Part shown: positions 55,608 through 63,884 of the stretch, in pieces
Layout: each line of letters opens with the position of its first letter
Numbering within the stretch: position 1 is the first letter of the stretch
Origin: a virus
Taxonomy: Duplodnaviria; Caudoviricetes
Length of the DNA: 63,884 nt
Direction: 5' to 3' (one strand)
IMG/VR virus record: IMGVR_UViG_3300036985_002667
Span: 1-63,884 of that record
The notes under the pieces: generated by a model
Databases searched by the model: none
Seen by the model: only the letters and a program-made list of their open reading frames with translations
What the model was told of the DNA's origin: nothing
Made by a program: the position numbers and the translations under genes

Positions 55608-56120
55608 GTGAAAGAAAACTTCGACAAGGCGTTTGCCAAGCTCATCCGGCATGAAGGCGGCTATGTAAATCATCCGTCTGACCCGGGCGGCATGACCAAT
55701 CTCGGCGTGACTAAGCGCGTTTGGGAAGAATGGATCGGCCACCCTGTCGATGAAAAGACCATGCGCGGTCTGACGCCGGAACAAGTCAAGCCTCTCTACA
55801 AGCGCAAATACTGGGACAAAATTTGCGGCGACGATCTGCCTGCCGGCGTGGATTACTGCGTGTTTGATGCCGCAGTAAACAGCGGCCCCGGTCGTGCGAT
55901 CAAATGGCTTCAGCAATCGCTGGGCACAGCACAAGACGGTGCCCTTGGCCCCAAAACACTCGCCGCTGCTAAAGCCGCCGACCCTCAACTTCTCGTCGTG
56001 GGCTACAACGCTGTGCGTCTTACATTCCTGCAAGACCTGCCGACATGGAACACCTTCGGTAGAGGCTGGAGTCGCCGGGTGGCAGAAGTTAAACAAGACG
56101 CTGCGACCATGACTGCATAA
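55608..56120 (+). CDS. Endolysin, glycoside hydrolase family 108 plus peptidoglycan-binding domain
   Basis: HEGGYVNHPSDPGG.TN.GVT, YW, FD.AVNSG, FGRGW.RRV. Confidence 0.92.
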   Translation: MKENFDKAFAKLIRHEGGYVNHPSDPGGMTNLGVTKRVWEEWIGHPVDEKTMRGLTPEQVKPLYKRKYWDKICGDDLPAGVDYCVFDAAVNSGPGRAIKWLQQSLGTAQDGALGPKTLAAAKAADPQLLVVGYNAVRLTFLQDLPTWNTFGRGWSRRVAEVKQDAATMTA

Positions 56121-56129
56121 GGAGGCATC

Positions 56130-58004
56130 GTGCCCTTAAAAAAGATAGCACTGAAAAGTGGGGTGAACAAAGAAAACACCCGTTACACGTCCGAAAATGG
56201 CTGGTATGACTGCGACAAGGTTCGCTTTCGCCAAGGCACGCCTGAGAAGATCGGCGGCTGGGAGCGTATCTCCGCCAGCACGTTTCTGGGCGTGTGCCGC
56301 AGTTTGTGGAACTGGGTTACTTCAGCCAGCCTTAACTTAATGGGCGTTGGCACTAACCTTAAGTTTTACATTGAATCGGGCGGAGTTTATTCGGACATCA
56401 CCCCAATTAGGGAAACTGTCACGCTGACCAATCCTTTTGCGGCGACGCTAGGCTCATCGGTTATTACCGTAACGCACGCAGCGCATGGATGCGCTACGGA
56501 TGATTTTGTGACGTTTAGCGGTGCTGTTGGGCTGGGCGGGAATGTTACTGCCGCTGTGCTTAATCAAGAATATCAAATAGTCGTAATAAACTCTAACACG
56601 TACACCATTACGGTAGCCGCGACGGCTATCGCTGCTGACGTTTCTGGATCGCCGGGCGGTGGCGCTGCCGTATCCGCTGCAATTCAAATTAGTGGCGGCC
56701 CTGCGGTTAGTGTGCCGCGTACAGGTTGGGGGGCAGGCGTATGGAGTAACGGATCATGGGGCATAACGACTTCTCCGACAACCAGCTTGCGCTTATGGAG
56801 TCAAAACAACTTTGGGGAAGATTTGATCTTTAACCCGCGAGGCGGCGGCATTTATTATTGGGACGCATCCAGCGGGCTAACAACACGCGGGGTGGCACTC
56901 TCGTCTTTGGCAGGCGCGTCCAACGTGCCTACGATAGCCAACCTTACGTTTGTGTCCGATACCAGTCGGTTTGTATTTGCCTTCGGCACGACTGATTATT
57001 TGTCGGTTACTTTTGATCCGATGCTGGTGCGTTGGTCCGATCAGGAAAGCGCGGTCAACTGGACGCCCTCTATCACCAATCAGGCAGGCAGCGTGCAACT
57101 GTCGCACGGCTCCGAGATCATCACCTGCTTGCAAGCCCGGCAGGAAATTCTAATCTGGACTGATTCCGCGCTATACGCACTTCAGTATCTCGGTGCACCT
57201 GAAGTGTGGGGATCGCAGCTTATGGGGGACAACCTCTCCATCGCTGGGCCTAACGCGGAAGTAATCGCCAGCGGTGTGGTGTACTGGATGGGCGTCGACA
57301 AGTTTTACAAATACAACGGGACTGTAGACACGCTTCGTTGCGATTTGCGCCAGTTTGTATTTGGCGACTTTAATATCGCGCAACGGGGACAAGTTTTTGC
57401 CAGCACCAACGAAGGCTTCAACGAAGTCTGGTGGTTCTATTGCAGCGCCAACTCCACCACCAATGACCGCTACGTGGTGTACAACTACGCAGAAGACGTG
57501 TGGTACTACGGCACGATGGCACGCACAGCGTGGATTGATAGCGGGCTAAGATCAAACCCAGTGGCGGCCACATACCTGAACAATCTAGTCAATCATGAAT
57601 CCGGTGTCGATGATGAGTCGACAGGAGAAGCGGCTGCAATTGAGGCTTACATTACCTCGGCGCAATTTGACATCGATGACGGGCATAACTTCGCGTTCAT
57701 ATACCGAATGTTGCCGGACGTAACCTTCCGAGGCTCTACAGCGGCTAGCCCCAGCGCCACCATGTATCTGCTGCCATTGGCTAACTCAGGTTCCGGCTAC
57801 AACAACCCCGCCTCGGTGGGCGGGACTAACTCAGCAGTAGTCACGCGGATTGCTACGGTGCCGATTGAAGAATTCACGGGGCAGGTTTACACCCGCGTAC
57901 GTGGCCGACAGTTGGCGATCAAGATGGAGAGCACCGGGCTGGGCGTGCAGTGGCAGTTGGGCTCCCCACGACTCGATTTGCGTCCTGATGGCAGGAGAGG
58001 TTAA
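56130..58004 (+). CDS. Tail nozzle/DNA stabilization protein (P22 gp10-like)
   Basis: VRFRQG.PEKIGGW; VRWSDQE...W; EVWWFY; ..PDGRR C-terminus. Confidence 0.75.
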   Translation: MPLKKIALKSGVNKENTRYTSENGWYDCDKVRFRQGTPEKIGGWERISASTFLGVCRSLWNWVTSASLNLMGVGTNLKFYIESGGVYSDITPIRETVTLTNPFAATLGSSVITVTHAAHGCATDDFVTFSGAVGLGGNVTAAVLNQEYQIVVINSNTYTITVAATAIAADVSGSPGGGAAVSAAIQISGGPAVSVPRTGWGAGVWSNGSWGITTSPTTSLRLWSQNNFGEDLIFNPRGGGIYYWDASSGLTTRGVALSSLAGASNVPTIANLTFVSDTSRFVFAFGTTDYLSVTFDPMLVRWSDQESAVNWTPSITNQAGSVQLSHGSEIITCLQARQEILIWTDSALYALQYLGAPEVWGSQLMGDNLSIAGPNAEVIASGVVYWMGVDKFYKYNGTVDTLRCDLRQFVFGDFNIAQRGQVFASTNEGFNEVWWFYCSANSTTNDRYVVYNYAEDVWYYGTMARTAWIDSGLRSNPVAATYLNNLVNHESGVDDESTGEAAAIEAYITSAQFDIDDGHNFAFIYRMLPDVTFRGSTAASPSATMYLLPLANSGSGYNNPASVGGTNSAVVTRIATVPIEEFTGQVYTRVRGRQLAIKMESTGLGVQWQLGSPRLDLRPDGRRG

Positions 58005-59374
58005 TGGCACTCGTTGAAGTACGCATGCCTGCTGTGCCCAGCCTGCCCCTAGGCCCGGTACAGTACGAAAAAAAATACATCGACCAGTTCGCAAACGTGT
58101 TGCGACTGTACTTTAACCAGCTTAACAATGTGGTGAGGGAACTCGTGGCAAACCAAGGCCCCTACGAAGTTTATTTCGACGGAAGCAGCGTTGATGCTTT
58201 TGGTCGGTTGCGAGTTAGCAACCCGTTCCCCTTGTTCGATAGCCAAAACAGATATGCAATAGACGATCAGTTTGACACGTCGACAGCCACAGGAGGCACA
58301 ACGACTTTTCTAAGTAACGAGAGTTCAGTTGCGCTTAATACGACCACCAGCTCGGGCAGCGAAGTAATCCGCCAGACCTATCGCGTGTTTCCGTATCAGC
58401 CCGGCAAGGGACTGACGTTCCTTGGCACCTTTGTTATGGCCCCACCGCAGACAAACTTGCGTCAGCGGGTAGGCTACTTCAGCACAAGCAACGGCGCGTT
58501 CCTTCAGCAAGATGGCACTACAGTCTCGTTTGTTTTGCGCTCGAATTCTCTGCCAACTCCGGGCACGCCCAGTGACATTCGTACGGTCAATCAAGCTGAC
58601 TGGAACGTGGATAAAATGGACGGCACCGGCCCAAGTGGGCGCGTGCTGGACCTGACCAAGAACCAGATTCTGTACATGGACTTTGAGTGGCTGGGTACGG
58701 GCGACGTGCGTTGCGGATTCTATGCCGACGGCAAACCTCAGATTTGCCACATCTTCCATAACGACAACACGCAAACGTCTGTTTATATGCAGACGGCCAT
58801 TTTGCCGGTGCGGTATGAGATCACCAACACGGGTGTGACAGCAGTTGCGTCGTCAATGAAGCAGGTTTGCTCCTCGGTTATGAGTGAGGGCGGCTACGAA
58901 GCAGTGTCGGTTGACCATGTGGCGAGACGCATCACAGCATTGGGCACGATTGGCACGACGTTCCTGCCGCTGGTTTCTATCCGACTTGCGTCCACAGCAC
59001 TTGGTGCAGTGGTATTGCCGAACAAAGTACAGGTGTTGCCGACGACCAACCAGAACTACGAAGTCGCCCTTATCAAGAACTCTACCCTGACAGGGGCAAG
59101 CTGGGCAGCGGTTGATACTGACGCCAATGTGCAATACGACGTTGCATCCACGGCGATGACAGGCGGGAGCATTGTGCAGACGGACTACGTGACGACCAGC
59201 GGTAGTGGCGGAGCGGGGATTCTGGTAGCGCCCACCGGGTACAACTTTGACTTGCAGTTGGGCGTATCGCTGGCGGGCGTTAGCGACATTTATACAGTAG
59301 GCATCCGAACGGTTTCGGGTGCTACGACGGGCGATGCCGTAGGCTCGCTGTCGTTCTACGACCTAACTCAGTGA
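58004..59374 (+). CDS. Virion structural protein
   Basis: LRLYFNQL N-terminus; [12 protein letters not shown]...YQPGK...EWLG.G.VR.GF. Confidence 0.7.
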   Translation: MALVEVRMPAVPSLPLGPVQYEKKYIDQFANVLRLYFNQLNNVVRELVANQGPYEVYFDGSSVDAFGRLRVSNPFPLFDSQNRYAIDDQFDTSTATGGTTTFLSNESSVALNTTTSSGSEVIRQTYRVFPYQPGKGLTFLGTFVMAPPQTNLRQRVGYFSTSNGAFLQQDGTTVSFVLRSNSLPTPGTPSDIRTVNQADWNVDKMDGTGPSGRVLDLTKNQILYMDFEWLGTGDVRCGFYADGKPQICHIFHNDNTQTSVYMQTAILPVRYEITNTGVTAVASSMKQVCSSVMSEGGYEAVSVDHVARRITALGTIGTTFLPLVSIRLASTALGAVVLPNKVQVLPTTNQNYEVALIKNSTLTGASWAAVDTDANVQYDVASTAMTGGSIVQTDYVTTSGSGGAGILVAPTGYNFDLQLGVSLAGVSDIYTVGIRTVSGATTGDAVGSLSFYDLTQ

Positions 59375-59381
59375 GGTAGCT

Positions 59382-62300
59382 ATGAAAGAGCGATACTCAG
59401 CGAGCGAAATAGAACAGCAACTAACCAAGCAAGGTGGGTCTATTTCTCCAGAAATGGCGAAAGGGTTACTTGAAAGATTCCGTGACTTTGGCAGCCCCCC
59501 ACCAATCCCCTTTGCGGAATTAGTACGCATTGCCAATATGCCGGCACCTACCCCGTGGAATACGCCCGGGCAGGCTCTGTCGCTTACGCCCGGCGATACC
59601 AAATACGATTACGTCTATCACACTAATTTTGATAAATCACCGTTTTATCAAGGGTTCCGCATGACTTACAACGGCACTCCCGTTGTTTATGTGCCGTCAG
59701 ATTTTGTCAATAAAGGTATGTATGATCCAAATACGCGAGATCAATACTACAGCACCGCTTACCTGAACAAAGATATTTACAACTATCTCAAGCCCGCGCA
59801 ACTTGATCCTGCTATTACAAAAGGATCAAAAGGCACAACTGATTTTTTCTCTAAATTTGAAAATCCGTATAACGGATATATTATCGAAGAGTCCAAGTTC
59901 AAAGAGCTTGGTGGCAGTAAAGCAGTTACTAAGCAAGCAGGGTATGGCGTTCATGCGTTTGGCGAATACAAATGGAACGCGCCGATTCAAGGCATTACAG
60001 AAAAAGACGGTAAGTTAGTATATGCCGGATTGCGTGGTAGCCCTAGCGCCTCTGGCGAATACACAACTTATGGGGAAGACAGTCAAAGTAACCATCAGGC
60101 GTGGCATAAATCTAGTGGCTTTCTTCCCGGCATAAGCCAGTCAATTGCCGAACTAGGCCCTGCTGTTTTGTTGCTTAATTTAGCCGCTCCCGGCTTGGGC
60201 ACTGCTATCTATGCCGGCACTCAAATCGGCCAAGGTATAGCGACGGGAAACATGGGGCAAGTTGCGCGGGGGGCTATTGCACTCATGATGCCGGTAGATG
60301 GGGCTCCCCCCGTCGTCGACATTCCGGGCGTATCGACCCTTGCCAGTACGATTTCTACTGCTACGGGGCTGAGTGTTGCGACGTCTGGCGCTATGTTGCA
60401 GTCGGCTATTAACTACGCCGCTACGGGCGGGAACATTGGGGACTTCCTAAAGGGAGAGCTCGCGTCCTACCTAGGCGCGCAAGCGGGGGGATTCGTTGAT
60501 AAGTTGGTAGGCAGTGCCGGATTTGCTGGCATGAATACAATTGCCAAGGCTGTTGCAAGCAGCTCTACCAAAGCCTTTTTGCTTAACCAAGATGTCAGCA
60601 AGGCCGTTACATCCGCGTTTGCCGACACAGCGGTGCCGCTCGCGCTTAAAAACACGCCGGGCTGGGATAAGCTATCTAAAACACAACAGACTTCGCTCAC
60701 CAATGGGGCGATCAGTGCCGCGAAGGGCGGCAAGGTAGATATTGGCACGGTCATTAAGAACTACACAACCGATGTGTTTTCTGATGCTGCGCTCAAGGCT
60801 ATTCCCGGCTCGGACAAGTGGACTGCTGCTCAGACCAAGCTAGCTAAAGACACGATTGCCGCAGGCGTGCAGGGCAAATCCTTGGATGGCCCGTTGCAGA
60901 GCTACATGATTAACCAAGCCAAGACGGCAGTGAACGATCAAGTAGCAAAGGCTGAAGGCTGGGAAAGCGACGCGCAGAAGCAAGGAGCTAAAGGTCAATA
61001 TGGGTCTGCTATCAAGCCGGATGATTACACGGCACGCCAGCAAGGCTGGGAAGACTTAGCCGCCAAACAAGCGGCTATTAAATCCTACGGCGACACCATT
61101 ACGCCTGTCGGCGTTAAAGAGCGCGACCAAGTCAAAAGCGTTGACCCTAAGTTTGATGCGGAAGCCTACCTCAAGCTGAACGAAGTGACGGGCGATCCGT
61201 TCCAGCACTTCTTGACGCAAGGCAACAAAGCCAAGCTGCCGACCAACTACGAGTCGGGGGCTGAGGCCGCGCTGAAATCGCTTGGCTACAAAGCCAGTGC
61301 CGATGAGGTTAAGCAGGTTGCCGACTTGTTCAAAAAGTCCGCCGACCCCGATGTCGCGCTTGGTAAGTTCTACGACGAGCATTGGGTCACGCAAGAAGAA
61401 GCCGCAGCAGCTGCGAAGCAAGCAGGCTTTGATCTGACGCCGGAACAGCTCAAGACCTTTGTGGGGCAAGCTAGTGCCGGGCAAGACACGGTATTTAAAA
61501 AGCTGGCTTCTGCACCTGCTACAACCGCAGAACCGAGCGTTATGGATCGGATTAAACAGCTTGCGGAGCACATGTTGGGTACATTGATTCCGTCGGCGCA
61601 AGCGGCGGGCGCAACACAAAACCAAACTAGCGGCGGTTCTAAAAATGACAATTTGCAACTTCAACAGAGTGCTGGAGTATCGGGCTACGATTACCAAAAG
61701 TATTTTGAAGTTATGACGCAGGCTAACCCCAACGCTACGTTTGCTTCGTTGTCAGATGCAGACAAAGCGGCAGTGAAACGGGCAGATGCGGACTACTCAA
61801 CGAGATCGGAACAAGCAAAAATAGATTTGATTTTGCAATACAGACGAGGGGCTTTTGCAAGCGAGGCTTTTGCTAAACAAGACCCGTATTTGGCCACGCT
61901 TGTTCAAATCGGAAAAGCTGCGCAAGGTTTACCCCCAGCCGCAGGACAACAGAATATCCCCACGGCATTTTTCGGAGGGGTCGAAGGTGGCGGGTATCAA
62001 GCTCCGGGCACGTCCGGGTGGAGCTTAATTGCTAAGTCCGTGCCAAGCGATCCAAACGTAACGGGGGTATACACCAGCGAAGACAAATCTCGCTCCTTGA
62101 TTACGTATATTGATGGTACATCAAAAGCTATTGACCTTAAAAAAGGCGAGGTCACGCCTGTTTCAGCCGATCAAACGCTAACTTTGGATTTGCGAAATAT
62201 TACTTTTGTGCCTCGTACCGAAGCTGATCGTATTGCCACACCCACACCCACACCCACACCCACACCCACACCCACACCCACACCCACGCCCACGCCCACA

Positions 62301-63809
62301 CCCACACCCACACCCACACCCACGCCCACGCCCACCCCCACACCCACACCCACGCCCACACCGGTTACGCCCACACCGGTTACGCCCACACCGGATACGC
62401 CCACACCCACGCCCGCACCGGGTACGCCCACGCCCACGCCCACGCCCACGCCCACGCCCACGCCCACGCCCACGCCCACGCCCACGCCCACACCCACGCC
62501 CACGCCAACCGCAGCGGATAAGGCCGCAGCCGACAAAGCTGCGGCTGCTAAGGCTGCGGCAGATAAAGCAGCACAGGATGCTGCGGCTGCTAAACAAGCA
62601 GCAGACCAAGCTGCGGCTAAAGCGGCGGCAGACCAAGCTGCGGCTAAAAATGCAGCCGATAAGGCTGCGGCAGATCAAGCAGCGGCTAAGGCTGCGGCAG
62701 ACCAAGCGGCGGCTAAACAAGCAGCCGATAAAGCTGCGGCGGATAAAGCTGCGGCGGATAAAGCAGCACAAGACGCGGCGGCGGCAAAACAAGCAGCAGA
62801 CCAAGCTGCGGCGGCTAAGGCTGCGGCAGACCAAGCTGCGGCGGCTAAAGCTGCGGCGGATACGGCTGCGGCAGGCCAAGCAGACATTCAACTCAAACTT
62901 ACCGCGACTGACAAAAAGCTTTCCGACTTTGCAGTGCAGACGGGGCAGAGCTTTGACGCAGTTAAAGCTCAGTTCAAGGCTGAGTTTGACGCAGCTCAAG
63001 CAGCCGGCAAGTCTTCAGATGCAGCGCTACAAGCGGGCATCGATAAGGTCGGACAGACTGCCGCAGCTAATCAGAAAGCGACCGATGCGCAGCTCGGCCA
63101 ACTTGGGGTAGACGTAGGTGCTGTAAAAACGGGGCTGGAAAATCTCGGTACGTCCACAACGCAACAGTTCGGGGACGTGAACGCTCGTATAGCTGAGCTC
63201 CAGAAGCAAGGACTGACGCAATCTGAGGCCACTAACAAAGCGCTGTTGGAGCTATCGAGTGGGCAGGCAACGCTGGGTCAGCAACAAGCCGCGCAAGCTG
63301 CCGCTGCTAAGGAAGCTGCCGATAAAGCTGCTGCTAACCAGCAAGCTACTCAGACTCAGTTTGGCGACGTGAACGCTCGAATCGTGGAGCTGATGCGGCA
63401 AGGTGCGGACTACCAGACTGCTACTACCCAAGCTCAAACAGAGTTGAAGCAAGGGCAAGCGCAGCTCGGTACTAAGGTGGGTGAGCTCGGTACGCAGGTA
63501 GGGGACTTGGGAACTTTACTAGGCGGACAGATTGCCGGACTGGGGACTCAGCTAACTGCCGCTAAGCAACAATCAGCGCAAGCTCAGCAACAAGCCAACA
63601 TGGGTACTTTGTTTGGATTACTCGGTGGATTCGGCGGACAACAGGCACCTGCACCTGCCCCACAACCGACGCCGCTTGCTAACATTGGCTATGTGTATGA
63701 CATTGGCGGCAAAAGTATCTTTGCCAACCCGCAACAAGAAAAAGCCTTCGTTTCGCCGTATGCAGAAGGCGGCACCGTCGAAGACCTGATGAAGATTTTG
63801 AGAGGATAG
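59382..63809 (+). CDS. Large mosaic virion protein with (Pro-Thr)n linker and Ala/Lys coiled coil
   Basis: 1475 aa; GAGG SD; C-terminal YAEGG. Confidence 0.75.
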   Translation: MKERYSASEIEQQLTKQGGSISPEMAKGLLERFRDFGSPPPIPFAELVRIANMPAPTPWNTPGQALSLTPGDTKYDYVYHTNFDKSPFYQGFRMTYNGTPVVYVPSDFVNKGMYDPNTRDQYYSTAYLNKDIYNYLKPAQLDPAITKGSKGTTDFFSKFENPYNGYIIEESKFKELGGSKAVTKQAGYGVHAFGEYKWNAPIQGITEKDGKLVYAGLRGSPSASGEYTTYGEDSQSNHQAWHKSSGFLPGISQSIAELGPAVLLLNLAAPGLGTAIYAGTQIGQGIATGNMGQVARGAIALMMPVDGAPPVVDIPGVSTLASTISTATGLSVATSGAMLQSAINYAATGGNIGDFLKGELASYLGAQAGGFVDKLVGSAGFAGMNTIAKAVASSSTKAFLLNQDVSKAVTSAFADTAVPLALKNTPGWDKLSKTQQTSLTNGAISAAKGGKVDIGTVIKNYTTDVFSDAALKAIPGSDKWTAAQTKLAKDTIAAGVQGKSLDGPLQSYMINQAKTAVNDQVAKAEGWESDAQKQGAKGQYGSAIKPDDYTARQQGWEDLAAKQAAIKSYGDTITPVGVKERDQVKSVDPKFDAEAYLKLNEVTGDPFQHFLTQGNKAKLPTNYESGAEAALKSLGYKASADEVKQVADLFKKSADPDVALGKFYDEHWVTQEEAAAAAKQAGFDLTPEQLKTFVGQASAGQDTVFKKLASAPATTAEPSVMDRIKQLAEHMLGTLIPSAQAAGATQNQTSGGSKNDNLQLQQSAGVSGYDYQKYFEVMTQANPNATFASLSDADKAAVKRADADYSTRSEQAKIDLILQYRRGAFASEAFAKQDPYLATLVQIGKAAQGLPPAAGQQNIPTAFFGGVEGGGYQAPGTSGWSLIAKSVPSDPNVTGVYTSEDKSRSLITYIDGTSKAIDLKKGEVTPVSADQTLTLDLRNITFVPRTEADRIATPTPTPTPTPTPTPTPTPTPTPTPTPTPTPTPTPTPTPTPTPVTPTPVTPTPDTPTPTPAPGTPTPTPTPTPTPTPTPTPTPTPTPTPTPTAADKAAADKAAAAKAAADKAAQDAAAAKQAADQAAAKAAADQAAAKNAADKAAADQAAAKAAADQAAAKQAADKAAADKAAADKAAQDAAAAKQAADQAAAAKAAADQAAAAKAAADTAAAGQADIQLKLTATDKKLSDFAVQTGQSFDAVKAQFKAEFDAAQAAGKSSDAALQAGIDKVGQTAAANQKATDAQLGQLGVDVGAVKTGLENLGTSTTQQFGDVNARIAELQKQGLTQSEATNKALLELSSGQATLGQQQAAQAAAAKEAADKAAANQQATQTQFGDVNARIVELMRQGADYQTATTQAQTELKQGQAQLGTKVGELGTQVGDLGTLLGGQIAGLGTQLTAAKQQSAQAQQQANMGTLFGLLGGFGGQQAPAPAPQPTPLANIGYVYDIGGKSIFANPQQEKAFVSPYAEGGTVEDLMKILRG
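62238..62510 (+). repeat. CCCACA/CCCACG hexamer microsatellite encoding (PT)n
   Basis: About 270 bp of in-frame hexamer repeats. Confidence 0.95.
62511..62875 (+). repeat. Degenerate [15 protein letters not shown] coding repeats
   Basis: Recurrent gctgcggcagaccaagc and gctgcggcggataaa units. Confidence 0.85.
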
Positions 63810-63884
63810 CCCGTGGTTGATTATGAAGATCAAGGAGTAGATGTAAACATCTTACCGCCTGATACCCCAAACATTGACTGGGAC
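63725..63884. repeat. Terminal direct repeat, copy 2
   Basis: Matches 1-160. Confidence 0.97.

Noticed and set aside
62171-63111. (PH/PR)n, (GV)n and (GR/GC)n ORFs
   Set aside because: These are alternative frames of the hexamer repeat, which lack stops by construction.
63725-63884. Physical terminal repeat of the virion DNA
   Set aside because: It falls across two late genes mid-operon, so it is more likely an assembly circularisation overlap.

Overview
The window is a complete circular or circularly permuted dsDNA tailed-phage genome of about 63,724 bp. Positions 1-160 repeat 63725-63884 with one synonymous mismatch. No tape measure, sheath or integrase is recognisable, so it is probably a podovirus; a proteobacterial host is an inference only. 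Two arms diverge from an AT-rich control region (about 31400-34000). The minus-strand early/replication arm (33588->10568) carries small accessory genes, MoxR-type AAA plus vWA-metallopeptidase, ArdA-like, VRR-NUC, PolA (Leu762 type), Cas4-like nuclease, HNH, SNF2 helicase, SSB-like protein and primase-DUF927 helicase. The plus-strand late arm (34021->63809->10567) carries terminases, portal, GroES-like protein, scaffold, major capsid, a free-standing GIY-YIG, small basic proteins, adaptors, two tail fibres, holin/GH108 endolysin, nozzle and ejection/polyvalent proteins. Five signals are not explained by the gene calls. (1) Eleven copies of an invariant palindrome TCTAA-N3-TTAGA are confined to the early arm; ten lie just upstream of start codons, and three contain the previous gene's stop codon. 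(2) A [FYM]-[AK]-x-G-G motif is shared by seven late proteins. (3) A CCA-ended tRNA mimic sits next to a T-loop RNA in the replication operon. (4) There is a kissing-loop leader RNA after the capsid locus and a C4-like RNA before the primase. (5) Two membrane proteins begin with FlgM-like N-termini.
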